The notes under the pieces were generated by a model, which was given only the letters and a program-made list of their open reading frames with translations, made no database searches and was not told the DNA's origin. Both the position numbers and the translations under genes were made by a program. A DNA stretch of 58,018 nt from Lacisediminihabitans sp. Lineage in GTDB: Bacteria > Actinomycetota > Actinomycetes > Actinomycetales > Microbacteriaceae. Each line of letters begins with the position of its first letter. Position 1 is the stretch's first letter. Of this stretch, positions 9,539 to 19,037 are shown piece after piece. The DNA lies in contig JANYGT010000122.1 of the NCBI GenBank assembly GCA_025362355.1, positions 1-58,018 on the forward strand, written 5' to 3'.

Positions 9539-10231
9539 TCAGACGAAGAGGTTTGCGCGCTCGAGGTCTTCCGCGAAGTCGATCTCTACGGCGTAGAGGT
9601 CGGAGATGTCTACCGGCTCAAATCGTAGCTTGTCCTGCTGGATCGCCAACTCGATGCCGCGCTCGAAATAGTCTTGGTCGGCCACGCGGCTGAGGTGGCG
9701 GATGAGCGTCGCCTTGTCGTTGCGACCGACGTAATTGATCCCGACAGCCTCTCCGAGGCCACCCTTCACCGTCTTCGAGAGTTCATCGATGAACCCCTCG
9801 GCGTCGACGGTGTACTTGACCTCTTCGTCGGAGACCTTCGCGGTGTTGATCGACACGAACGACTGGTCGCGGGCGACCATGGAGGCCGCGCGCACGAGAG
9901 CCTCCGGATCGAAGACGACGTCGCCGTTCATCCAGAGCACTCCGCCGTCTTTCGATGCTCGAAGTGCGCGCATGAGGCTCTTCGAGGTATTGGTCTGGTC
10001 GTAGTGCTCGTTGTAGACGAATGTCGCGGCGGGGAACGCTTCGACGATGTGCTCGAGCTTGTACCCGACGACGATAGAGACGCTGGCATCCTTGCCGAAA
10101 GCGTGATGGATGTTGTCGAACTGCTGCTGCATGATGGAGCGACCATCGCTGAGTTCGGTCAGCGGCTTCGGCAGCGAACGCCCGAGGCGGCTGCCCATTC
10201 CGGCCGCCAGAATAACGATCTGTGTGCTCAC
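9539..10231 (-). CDS. NTP transferase, phosphocholine cytidylyltransferase (LicC)-like
   Basis: ILAAGMGSRLGRSLPKPL, YDQTNTSKSL, NGDVVF, EIDFAEDL. SD GAGGAG before GTG 10231. Confidence 0.85.
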   Translation of the reverse strand: MSTQIVILAAGMGSRLGRSLPKPLTELSDGRSIMQQQFDNIHHAFGKDASVSIVVGYKLEHIVEAFPAATFVYNEHYDQTNTSKSLMRALRASKDGGVLWMNGDVVFDPEALVRAASMVARDQSFVSINTAKVSDEEVKYTVDAEGFIDELSKTVKGGLGEAVGINYVGRNDKATLIRHLSRVADQDYFERGIELAIQQDKLRFEPVDISDLYAVEIDFAEDLERANLFV

Positions 10232-10309
10232 GCGTGTCTCCTCAGTTGACTGTGGTCTGACCGGGGTTCGGCGCGGAAGGCCAAGACGATAGCTCGTAGT
10301 GGATGCCAC

Positions 10310-10331
10310 ATTCACCGACTGTTAATCCCCA
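10310..10331 (+). promoter_or_regulatory. Candidate PHO-box-like site (two 11-nt direct repeats)
   Basis: ATTCACCGACT|GTTAATCCCCA resembles the actinobacterial PhoP unit GTTCAYYY. Lies upstream of, and antisense to, the LicC-like/wzm/wzt operon. Confidence 0.35.
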
Positions 10332-10479
10332 GACTGATGCCTGGACACTTCTTTGTGCACTTCCAACCTACCCGCGCCTTCGTAATAAGCACAGTGCCGC
10401 CGAGACCTCCGTTGCCAATTCGTGACAGAACGAGCGGGGATCGTACGGGGTGTGCAGGGCGAATTGGTACGGTTGATCG

Positions 10480-12147
10480 GTGCAGCCAGAATCCGAGAGT
10501 GAGTCCGCCAAAGCCGGCTCGACGCCTTCTCCAACACCGGCCGCCGATTCGGTCACATCGCCCGCGATCCCGGATGTGAACACGCCGCCGCGGGTCGTGA
10601 AGCCGAGAGCGGCGCGCACGAATTCCGCCCGCGCATCCGGGGACTCCGCCGCCCGGCCAGCCCTGCCGAAGCCGGCGGCGAAAGTCACGCGCTCACCGGC
10701 AGGGGCGAGGTCGACCGGGGCTTCGGCGACACCCGCCACACCGAAGACCCCCGCGAAACCGAAGACCCCCGCGAAATCGGCGTCACCGGCGAAGCCGACA
10801 TCACCGACGAAGCGGACGACGCCGGTCAGGCGCGCGGCCGCTCCCAAGCCGACGGCGGCTCCGGAGCCGACGGTCGCTTCGGAGCCGACCACTGATCAGA
10901 AACCGACGGTCGCTCCCAGGCCGACTGTCGCTCCCAGGCCGCCGGTCGCTCCCAGGCCGACTGTCGAGACGCCCGCGATCGTCACGGAGACTGACGCACC
11001 CGCGCCCGCACCCGCACCCGCACCCCCCGCATCCTCCGCGGCGAAGTCTGTCGCGGCAGGGGCGTCGTCGACCACTGCACGCCGATCGACGCCCGTGCGC
11101 GGGGCAGCGCGGGCCGGGACTTCGCAGTCGGCGGCAGCGAAGGAAGCGGAGGTGGGGCGCCCGGCGAGTGACGCTGCTGCCGCGGCATCCGTTCGTCCTA
11201 CGTCTCCGAGCCGCGTCACCATCAAGCCTCCGATTACTACCAAGTCTCCGACGACCGTCGAGTCTCCGACGACACTCAGGCCAGCGCCGAACGGTTTGAG
11301 CACCGTCGCACCCGCGGCGCAGGAAGCACCGGCGGAGCAGGAAGCGCCGGCCGAGCAGGAAGCCCTGGCTGAGAAGACGGCACCTGAGAAATACGTTCTC
11401 GAGCTCGCGGACCTCACCAAGAGCTTCGGAGCGACCCATGCGGTCGACCACATCAGCCTCTCCGTACCGACCGGGTCGATCTTCGGCATCGTCGGCCCGA
11501 ACGGCGCAGGCAAGACGACGACGCTGTCGATGGTCACCGGGCTGCTCCGTCCGGATTCGGGCAGAGTGACCGTGCACGGCGCTGACGTCTGGAAAGACCC
11601 GGCGGCGGCGAAGCGCAACATGGGAGTCCTCCCCGACCGGCTGCGCCTGTTCGACCGTCTGACCGGAGGCCAGCTGCTGCACTACGCGGGCACTCTGCGC
11701 GGCCTCGACCGGAAGACCGTTCGCAAGCGGTCGGCGGATCTCGCGATCGCCTTCGGCCTCGAAGACGCACTCCACCGGCTCGTCACCGACTACTCGGCGG
11801 GCATGACCAAGAAGATCGCCCTGGCCAGCGCGATGATCCATTCCCCGAGATTGCTCGTGCTCGACGAGCCGTTCGAGTCGGTGGATCCGGTGTCGGCCGC
11901 CAGCGTGACCGAGATCCTGCAGAACTATGTCGCGGCCGGGGGCACCGTCGTGCTCTCCAGCCACAGCATGGATCTCATCCAGCGCATCTGCGATTTCGTC
12001 GCCATCGTGGTCGAGGGCTCCGTGCTCGCCTCGGGCACGACAGACGAGGTGCGGGGCACCGGCAGCCTCGAGGACCGTTTCGTGGAACTCGCCGGAGGCC
12101 GGAAGACCGCGGAGGGCATGGAGTGGTTGCACAGTTTCTCGGACTGA
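10480..12147 (+). CDS. ABC transporter ATP-binding protein with ~300-aa low-complexity N-terminal extension
   Basis: C-terminal ABC domain: GPNGAGKTT, YSAGMTKK, LVLDEPFE, SSH. N-terminus is P/A/T/K/S-rich with repeats. Start codon uncertain. Confidence 0.85.
   Translation: MQPESESESAKAGSTPSPTPAADSVTSPAIPDVNTPPRVVKPRAARTNSARASGDSAARPALPKPAAKVTRSPAGARSTGASATPATPKTPAKPKTPAKSASPAKPTSPTKRTTPVRRAAAPKPTAAPEPTVASEPTTDQKPTVAPRPTVAPRPPVAPRPTVETPAIVTETDAPAPAPAPAPPASSAAKSVAAGASSTTARRSTPVRGAARAGTSQSAAAKEAEVGRPASDAAAAASVRPTSPSRVTIKPPITTKSPTTVESPTTLRPAPNGLSTVAPAAQEAPAEQEAPAEQEALAEKTAPEKYVLELADLTKSFGATHAVDHISLSVPTGSIFGIVGPNGAGKTTTLSMVTGLLRPDSGRVTVHGADVWKDPAAAKRNMGVLPDRLRLFDRLTGGQLLHYAGTLRGLDRKTVRKRSADLAIAFGLEDALHRLVTDYSAGMTKKIALASAMIHSPRLLVLDEPFESVDPVSAASVTEILQNYVAAGGTVVLSSHSMDLIQRICDFVAIVVEGSVLASGTTDEVRGTGSLEDRFVELAGGRKTAEGMEWLHSFSD
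10741..10776 (+). repeat. Perfect 18-bp tandem duplication (PKTPAK x2)
   Basis: CCGAAGACCCCCGCGAAA occurs twice in tandem. Confidence 0.9.
10849..10966 (+). repeat. 18-bp minisatellite, ~6.5 degenerate units (PTVAPR-like)
   Basis: Units start at 10849, 10867, 10885, 10903, 10921, 10939 and 10957. Consensus CCGACGGTCGCTCCCAGG. Confidence 0.88.
11320..11373 (+). repeat. 18-bp tandem repeat x3 (QEAPAE)
   Basis: CAGGAAGCACCGGCGGAG / CAGGAAGCGCCGGCCGAG / CAGGAAGCCCTGGCTGAG. Confidence 0.85.
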
Positions 12148-13694
12148 AGCTCCGACTTCTCGCCAACAGTTTTCGCCGCGGCCCCTGGCAGGTCATCGGA
12201 ATGCTCATCGCGCTGGCGTACGGAATCGCGGCCGTGTCGCTCGCGGTTGCGGCTCTCGCGGCCCTGCGCACGGCATCCATTGCTGTGGCGACCGGCATCA
12301 CTGTGACAGCCGGGTCGCTCGTCGTGCTGTGCTTCCTCCTACTACCGCTCGCCTTCGGAGCGGATGACACCCTCGACCCGCGAGCATTCGCGCTATTCGG
12401 ACTTCCGACGACGAAACTCGCCGCCATCCTCGCCCTGACCTCGGTGATCGGCGTTCCGGCGATCTTCATCATCGTCGTATCGATCGCCCAGGTGGTGACC
12501 TGGACCCGCTCTCCACTCGCGACGTTCCTGGCGATCCTCGGCGCCATCGTGATCATCGCGACCTGTCTGCTCGGATCCCGAGTGACGGCCGCGATCGCGT
12601 CGTCCGTGCTCGCCACACGGCGCGCTCGCGAGGTTTCGGTGCTGGTCGTGCTCATCCTCATCGTCTCGATCTCACCGATCATCACCATCGCACTCAGCCG
12701 CGGATGGGCGGCCGGCGCCCCGCAGATTCTCGAGCGGATCGCACGGGTCGTCGGCTGGACGCCACTCGGGGCGGCATGGGCGGCGCCCGCTGATGCTGCT
12801 GCCGGGCATCCGGGGTCCGCCGTGCTCAAGGCGCTCGTCGGCCTCGCATTCCTGGCGGTGCTCGCCCTCGCCTGGCGCGCTCTCATCGGGTGGATGTTGG
12901 TGAGCGCTCCCCGAATCTCTCGGGAGAGAAGCGACTCCGGCCTCGGCTGGTTTCGGCGCTTGCCCTCCACCCCCTTCGGGGCGGTCGCCGCCCGCAGCAT
13001 CACCTACTGGATTCGTGACGCCCGGTACCGCACCACTCTGATCGCGGTTCCTGCGGCGCCGCTCGTGTTCGCTGTCATTCTCGCGGTCGCAGGCGTTCCG
13101 TGGACCCTTCTCGCCCTCATCCCGATTCCCGTCATGTGCCTCTTCCTCTCGTGGTCGGTGCACAACGACGTCGCCTCCGACAACAGCGCGATCTGGCTCC
13201 ACGTGGCGTCGAATACCGCCGGCTGGGCAGATCGACTCGGTCGCACCATCCCGGCACTGATCATCGGAATACCGCTCGTGCTCATCGGGTCGCCGCTCTT
13301 CTCGGCGCTCTCCGGGGCCCCCGGCATCCTGCCGTCGATGCTCGGGGTAAGTTTCTGCATCCTCTTCGCCGGGCTCGGCCTCTCGAGTGTCATTTCGGCG
13401 AGATTTCCGTACGCGTCCGTGCGGCCCGGAGACAGCCCGTTCGCTCAGCCGCAGGCGGCGGGGACCTCGGCCGGACTCATCCAGTCGATGGCGTTCGTGC
13501 TGACGCTCGTGTTCTCAACACCGCCGGTCTATTTCGCGGTGCGAGGCATGATCGACGGCGCGGTATGGACGGGGTGGTCGCTGCTCGTCGGGATCGGTTT
13601 CGGACTCCTGGTGTTCGCCGGTGGCGTGGCGTGGGGCGGCGCGATCTTCTCGAAGCGGGCGCCGGAGCTGCTCGCCTTCACCCTGCGGAACTAG
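12123..13694 (+). CDS. ABC-2 type transporter permease (about 12-14 TM)
   Basis: Highly hydrophobic 523 aa, DDTLDPRAFALF and YWIRDARY motifs, overlaps the ATPase gene end. Confidence 0.82.
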   Translation: MVAQFLGLKLRLLANSFRRGPWQVIGMLIALAYGIAAVSLAVAALAALRTASIAVATGITVTAGSLVVLCFLLLPLAFGADDTLDPRAFALFGLPTTKLAAILALTSVIGVPAIFIIVVSIAQVVTWTRSPLATFLAILGAIVIIATCLLGSRVTAAIASSVLATRRAREVSVLVVLILIVSISPIITIALSRGWAAGAPQILERIARVVGWTPLGAAWAAPADAAAGHPGSAVLKALVGLAFLAVLALAWRALIGWMLVSAPRISRERSDSGLGWFRRLPSTPFGAVAARSITYWIRDARYRTTLIAVPAAPLVFAVILAVAGVPWTLLALIPIPVMCLFLSWSVHNDVASDNSAIWLHVASNTAGWADRLGRTIPALIIGIPLVLIGSPLFSALSGAPGILPSMLGVSFCILFAGLGLSSVISARFPYASVRPGDSPFAQPQAAGTSAGLIQSMAFVLTLVFSTPPVYFAVRGMIDGAVWTGWSLLVGIGFGLLVFAGGVAWGGAIFSKRAPELLAFTLRN

Positions 13695-13720
13695 CGCGAT
13701 CCTGAGCGTAAAATCGTGGC

Positions 13721-13981
13721 ATGGGTGCAGACACGGAGCAGGGCGGCGGCACAGACACGCTCGATCGCGAACTCGAGGAGCTCCTCGAGCAGGAGCAGGT
13801 CGAAGACGGAGATCACGATCGGTATTCGCATTACGTGCAGAAGGAGAAGATCCTCGAGTCGGCGCTGAGCGGGGATCCGGTCATCGCGCTGTGCGGCAAG
13901 GTGTGGACGCCCGGTCGCGACCCGGAGAAGTTCCCGGTGTGCCCGGAGTGCAAGGAGATCTACGAGGCGATGAAGGACTAG
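13721..13981 (+). CDS. DUF3039 family protein
   Basis: GDHDRYSHYV, ALCGKVWTPGRDP and FPVCPECKEIY signature. Confidence 0.92.
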   Translation: MGADTEQGGGTDTLDRELEELLEQEQVEDGDHDRYSHYVQKEKILESALSGDPVIALCGKVWTPGRDPEKFPVCPECKEIYEAMKD

Positions 13982-14002
13982 TTCGTCGCTGGGCGCGGTC
14001 GC

Positions 14003-15298
14003 CTACTCGTAGCGGGTCGGGATGACCGGGTCGCCGCGGCCGAGACGGAACGCCTCGAGGGGGAGCTCGGCCACGGCATCCGCGCGGTGCTGGCGGGCGA
14101 GGGCCGTCCCGGCCGCACCGCGGTACTTCTCCACGATCACGCCGTTCTCGATCAGCGGCACGAGAAGCGGTCGATGGTGGGCTGCGGCCGCCTCCGGCTG
14201 CCCGAGGTGGATGACCTCCGCCGCCGCGATCCCGTCGGCATCGAGTTCGCGCACGGGGAACTTGCGTCCGCCGACCGTCGCCTTCTGCGGTGAACGCTTC
14301 GCGACCGAGATCCACTCGCCGGAGTCATCCCGACGCGCGACGAGCTTGTAGACCATGCCGGCGGCGGGGGAACCGGAGCCGGTGACGACCGAGGTTCCGA
14401 CACCGTAGGAGTCGACCGGCGCCGCCCGGAGTGCCGCGATGGTGAACTCGTCGAGGTCGTTGGTCACGGTGATCTTCGTGCCGGTCGCGCCGAGGGAGTC
14501 GAGCTGCTTCCGTACGGCCGCCACGGTTTCCGGAAGGTCGCCGCTGTCGATCCTGACCGCACCCAATGAGGGGCCGGCGATCTTCACCGCGAGTGCGACG
14601 GCGGCTGTGACGTCGTAGGTGTCCACGAGCAGGGTGGTGCCGGGGCCGAGGGCGTCCACCTGGGCGCGGAAGGCATCCTCCTCAGAGTCGTGCAGGAGGG
14701 TGAATGCGTGGGCGGCGGTTCCCATGGTCGGCACGCCCCACGAGCGACCGGCCTCGAGGTTGGAGGTCGCCCCGAAGCCGGCGATGTATGCGGCACGGGC
14801 GGCGGCGACCGCGCTCCACTCTCCGGTGCGACGGGAGCCCATTTCGGCGAGGGGCCGACCGCTCGCCGCGGACACCATGCGGGTCGCAGCGCTCGCGACC
14901 GCGCTGTCATAATTCAGGACGCTGAGCACGAGCGTCTCGAGGATCACGGCCTCGGCGAACGTTCCGTCGACGATGAGGATGGGGGAGCCGGGAAAGTAGA
15001 GCTCCCCCTCCCGGTATCCGCTGAGAGTGCCGGTGAAGCGGTAATCCGCCAGCCAGTCGATGGCCTCCGAGGTGACGATGTCGTTGTCTCTGAGCCACGC
15101 GAGTTCGGCATCCGCGAACCGGAAGTCGGCGATAAGGTCGAGCAGGCGTCCGGTACCGGCGACGATCCCGTAGCGGCGACCACCCGGAAGCTGGCGGGCG
15201 AAGACCTCGAAGACGCACTCGCGTTCGAACGTGCCGGAGCGGATGGCGGCATCCAGCATCGTGAGTTCGTAACGATCGGTCAGCAACGAACTGGTCAT
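14003..15298 (-). CDS. pncB: Nicotinate phosphoribosyltransferase
   Basis: LLTDRYELTM, EMGSRR, GTAAH, LLVDTYD, VRIDSGD, GVGT, MVYKLV. Confidence 0.95.
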   Translation of the reverse strand: MTSSLLTDRYELTMLDAAIRSGTFERECVFEVFARQLPGGRRYGIVAGTGRLLDLIADFRFADAELAWLRDNDIVTSEAIDWLADYRFTGTLSGYREGELYFPGSPILIVDGTFAEAVILETLVLSVLNYDSAVASAATRMVSAASGRPLAEMGSRRTGEWSAVAAARAAYIAGFGATSNLEAGRSWGVPTMGTAAHAFTLLHDSEEDAFRAQVDALGPGTTLLVDTYDVTAAVALAVKIAGPSLGAVRIDSGDLPETVAAVRKQLDSLGATGTKITVTNDLDEFTIAALRAAPVDSYGVGTSVVTGSGSPAAGMVYKLVARRDDSGEWISVAKRSPQKATVGGRKFPVRELDADGIAAAEVIHLGQPEAAAAHHRPLLVPLIENGVIVEKYRGAAGTALARQHRADAVAELPLEAFRLGRGDPVIPTRYE

Positions 15299-15343
15299 CC
15301 GCCAACCCTACCGAGCGCGAGTACCGTGCACCGTGGAGGACCG

Positions 15344-16804
15344 ATGACCCGCACCCGCTGGATCTTCGCCGGGCAGCTCGGCGGCCAATTCGACGATGGC
15401 GGACGGATGCTGCTGATCGAGGCGCGCTCGGTATTCGCCAGGGCGCCGATGCACCGCGCGAAGGCGCACCTTCTGCTGTCGGCGATGAGGCATCGCGCGG
15501 CCGAGCTCGGCGACCGCGTCGAGTTCCACCGGGTCGAGCGTTACGCGGATGTCGTCACCGGCAGAACCGATCTCGAGGTGATCGACCCGACGTCGTATGC
15601 CGCGCGTCGGTACGTGCGACGGATCGGCGCCGAGGTGCTGCCCAGCCGCGGATTCGTGACGAGCGAGGATGATTTCGCTACCTGGTGGGCCGGTCGGAAG
15701 GGTCGCCCGATCATGGAGGACTTCTACCGGGCGATGCGGGTGCGCACCGGCATCCTGATGGAGGGCGCCGCCCCGGTGGGTGGCCAGTACAACTTCGACC
15801 ACGACAACCGGCAGCCGCCGCCGAAGAACGCGGTGTCGCTCGGCCTGCCGGATCCGTGGTGGCCGACGGAGGACGACATCGACGCCGAGGTGCGCGAGGA
15901 TCTCGATCGCTGGTCGGCCGAGGGCAGCATCCGCTTGGTGGGAGCGGATGGGCCAAGACGGTTCGCTGCTACTCAAAGAGAGGCAGAACGTGCGCTCGCC
16001 GACTTCATCGAGACGCGGCTCGGGGATTTCGGTCCCTATGAGGATGCGATCCTCACGAACGACTGGACGATGTCGCACTCACTGCTGAGCGCCCCTCTGA
16101 ACCTCGGCCTGCTCGACCCGCGAGCGGTCGTCGACCGGGTTGTCACCGAGCACACGAACGGCAACGCTCCGCTCGCCAGTGTCGAGGGGGTCGTACGGCA
16201 GATCGCCGGCTGGCGCGACTGGGTCTGGCACCTGTACTGGCAGCTCGGCGAGTCGTTCGTCGAGAAGAACGAGCTGCACGCGACATCCGCGATCCCGAAG
16301 CAGTTGACCGAACTGGATGCCGACACGATCGATGCGAACTGCCTCAGCAAGACCGTCGGTGACGTTCACGATCACGGGTGGGCGCATCACATCCAGAGGC
16401 TGATGGTGCTCGGAAACTGGGCGCTGCAGCGCGGGTGGGAGCCGAGGGCGATGAACGACTGGTTCGTCAACATGTTCGTCGACGGCACCCCCTGGGTGAT
16501 GCCGGCGAACGTGGTCGGGATGTCTCTGCATGCCGATGGCGGCATAGTCGCGACGAAGCCCTACGCGGCCGGCGGCGCCTACATCAACCGGATGTCGGAC
16601 TACTGCGGCGGGTGCCGCTTCAACCCGAAGGTGCGGCTCGGCCCCGACGCGTGCCCGGTCACCGCCGGATACTGGGCGTTCCTCGACCGGGTGGAGCCGA
16701 AGTTGCGCGGCAATCACCGAATGGCCCAACCGCTCGCCGGGCTTCGCAGATTGGCCGATCGTGAGGCCGTCGTCGAGCAGGAACGGCACCGCGACGGGCT
16801 CTGA
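15344..16804 (+). CDS. phrB: Fe-S bacterial cryptochrome/photolyase (FeS-BCP, PhrB/CryB-like (6-4) photolyase)
   Basis: [35 protein letters not shown]. Four Cys (ANCL, DYCGGC, DACP). SD GGAGGA before ATG 15344. Confidence 0.9.
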   Translation: MTRTRWIFAGQLGGQFDDGGRMLLIEARSVFARAPMHRAKAHLLLSAMRHRAAELGDRVEFHRVERYADVVTGRTDLEVIDPTSYAARRYVRRIGAEVLPSRGFVTSEDDFATWWAGRKGRPIMEDFYRAMRVRTGILMEGAAPVGGQYNFDHDNRQPPPKNAVSLGLPDPWWPTEDDIDAEVREDLDRWSAEGSIRLVGADGPRRFAATQREAERALADFIETRLGDFGPYEDAILTNDWTMSHSLLSAPLNLGLLDPRAVVDRVVTEHTNGNAPLASVEGVVRQIAGWRDWVWHLYWQLGESFVEKNELHATSAIPKQLTELDADTIDANCLSKTVGDVHDHGWAHHIQRLMVLGNWALQRGWEPRAMNDWFVNMFVDGTPWVMPANVVGMSLHADGGIVATKPYAAGGAYINRMSDYCGGCRFNPKVRLGPDACPVTAGYWAFLDRVEPKLRGNHRMAQPLAGLRRLADREAVVEQERHRDGL

Positions 16805-16830
16805 GCCGATCACCGGTAAAGTCGACTCTC

Positions 16831-17718
16831 GTGAACGACGCACCGATTGGGATCTTCGACTCGGGCGTCGGCGGACTCACCGTCGCCCGCGCGATCATCG
16901 ACCAGCTGCCGAACGAATCGGTGCTCTACGTCGGCGACACCGCGCATTCTCCCTACGGTCCGAAGCCGATCGCCGATGTGCGCCGCTACACCCTCGAGGT
17001 GCTCGACGACATGGTGGCGCAGGGCGTCAAGATGCTCGTGATCGCGTGCAACACCGCGTCATCCGCAATGCTGCGGGATGCCCGAGAGCGTTATACGGTC
17101 GGCCTCGGCCTTCCGGTGGTCGAGGTGATCCAACCCGCGGTGCGTGCGGCGGTGCGGCAGACCCGCAACAAGCGGGTCGGGGTGATCGGCACGGTCGGCA
17201 CGATCTCGTCCAACGCGTACAACGATGCCTTTGCGGCCGCGCCCGACCTGGCGCTCTTCACCGCCGCATGCCCCTCATTCGTCGACTTCGTCGAGTCGGG
17301 CGTGACGAGCGGCGATGCCCTCTTCGCGGATGCCGAGAGTTATCTCTCGCCCCTTCGGGAGGCCGGCATCGACACCCTCGTGCTCGGCTGCACGCACTAT
17401 CCGCTCATGTCGGCCGCCATCCAGTACGTCATCGGCGAGAACGTGACGCTCGTTTCGAGCGCGCAGGAGACGGCCTCGGATGTGTACGGGATGCTCGTGA
17501 AACACGGAATCCAGCGCACGGCGACGTCGGCTCCCCAGCATCGCTTCGAGGCGACGGGCGACAGTAAGGACGACTTCCTGCGGCTCGCCCGGCGCTTCCT
17601 CGGCCCAGAGGTCTCGACCGTCGAACTGGTCGAGACCGGGGTCATCCACCTTCCGAGACCCGCAGCGACGACACAAGCACCGACGACCGACGATCGACCA
17701 GAGGACGAAACCCCATGA
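16831..17718 (+). CDS. murI: Glutamate racemase
   Basis: [27 protein letters not shown]. Confidence 0.97.
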   Translation: MNDAPIGIFDSGVGGLTVARAIIDQLPNESVLYVGDTAHSPYGPKPIADVRRYTLEVLDDMVAQGVKMLVIACNTASSAMLRDARERYTVGLGLPVVEVIQPAVRAAVRQTRNKRVGVIGTVGTISSNAYNDAFAAAPDLALFTAACPSFVDFVESGVTSGDALFADAESYLSPLREAGIDTLVLGCTHYPLMSAAIQYVIGENVTLVSSAQETASDVYGMLVKHGIQRTATSAPQHRFEATGDSKDDFLRLARRFLGPEVSTVELVETGVIHLPRPAATTQAPTTDDRPEDETP

Positions 17719-18446
17719 CCGGACCCCGCAAAGACGGCCGCGAACTCGACCAGCTTCGCGACGTGACGATCGAGCGCGGCTGGAGCGACCAGGCCGAAGG
17801 CTCGGCGCTCATCTCGTTCGGGCGCACTCGAGTGCTGTGCACGGCCTCCTTCACGAACGGAGTACCGCGCTGGATGGGCGGAAAGGGAAAGGGCTGGGTG
17901 ACGGCCGAATACTCGATGCTTCCGCGCTCGACGAACGATCGGATGGATCGCGAGTCGGTCAAGGGCAGGATCGGCGGACGAACCCACGAGATCTCGCGGC
18001 TGATCGGACGCTCGCTGCGCGCGGTCGTCGACATGAAGGCGCTCGGCGAGAACACGATCGTGATCGACTGCGACGTGCTGCAGGCCGACGGCGGAACGCG
18101 AACCGCGGCGATCACCGGGGCCTACGTGGCGCTGGCCGATGCTCTCGAATGGGGTCGCGCGAAGAATTTCATCGGCCAGAAGGCGACGCCCCTGATCGAC
18201 AGCGTGGCCGCGGTCTCCGTCGGCATCATCGACGGAACGCCGATGCTCGACCTCGCCTACACAGAGGATGTGCGCGCCGAGACCGACATGAACGTGGTCG
18301 TCACCGGGCGAGGCCTCTTCGTCGAGGTTCAGGGAACCGCCGAGGGTGCGCCGTTCGACCGGGCGGAACTCGACTCGCTTCTCGACCTCGCTCTCGGGGG
18401 AGCAGCCGACCTGACGAAGCTGCAGGTCGCTTCGCTCGCCGGGTAA
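17715..18446 (+). CDS. rph: Ribonuclease PH
   Basis: [35 protein letters not shown]. Confidence 0.97.
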   Translation: MTGPRKDGRELDQLRDVTIERGWSDQAEGSALISFGRTRVLCTASFTNGVPRWMGGKGKGWVTAEYSMLPRSTNDRMDRESVKGRIGGRTHEISRLIGRSLRAVVDMKALGENTIVIDCDVLQADGGTRTAAITGAYVALADALEWGRAKNFIGQKATPLIDSVAAVSVGIIDGTPMLDLAYTEDVRAETDMNVVVTGRGLFVEVQGTAEGAPFDRAELDSLLDLALGGAADLTKLQVASLAG

Positions 18447-18455
18447 CCTCTAGGG

Positions 18456-19037
18456 ATGAAGCTCGTTCTCGCGACGCACAACGCGCACAAGGTCGACGAG
18501 CTTCGACGCATCCTCGGGGCGAGCCTCGATGGCATCGAGCTAGTCGGCTACGACGGACCCGAACCGGTCGAAGACGGCGAGACCTTCGAGGCCAATGCGC
18601 TGATCAAGGCTCGGGCGGCTGCAGCGCACACTGGGCTTGCTGCGATCGCCGACGACTCCGGGATCGCGGTCTATGCGCTCGACGGGGCTCCGGGCATCCA
18701 CTCCGCGCGGTACGCGGGCACCCGTGACGACGGCGACAACCTCCGCCTTCTTCTCGCCAATCTGCTCGGATCGGATGACCGCCGCGCGCAGTTCCTGTGC
18801 GCTGCCGCCCTGGTGCTTCCCGACGGTTTCGAACACACGGAGCTCGGCATCTGGCAGGGTACCGTTCTCGACGAGCCGGTGGGTGGCGGCGGATTCGGAT
18901 ACGACCCGATCTTCAAGCCGGCCGGCTACAGCGTGTCGGCCGCCGAACTGAGTGCGGACGAGAAGAACGCCGTCAGCCACCGGAGCCTCGCCTTCGATGC
19001 GATCATGCCGATCGTCCGCGAGCGGCTGATCGGGTGA
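18456..19037 (+). CDS. rdgB: Non-canonical purine NTP pyrophosphatase (RdgB/HAM1)
   Basis: LATHNAHK, ADDSG, GFGYDPIF, KNAVSHR. Confidence 0.96.
   Translation: MKLVLATHNAHKVDELRRILGASLDGIELVGYDGPEPVEDGETFEANALIKARAAAAHTGLAAIADDSGIAVYALDGAPGIHSARYAGTRDDGDNLRLLLANLLGSDDRRAQFLCAAALVLPDGFEHTELGIWQGTVLDEPVGGGGFGYDPIFKPAGYSVSAAELSADEKNAVSHRSLAFDAIMPIVRERLIG

Noticed and set aside
14690-15343. 704-aa ORF suggesting a long N-terminal fusion to the photolyase
   Set aside because: The extension is antisense to pncB. A good SD and ATG at 15344 give a normal-length FeS-BCP.
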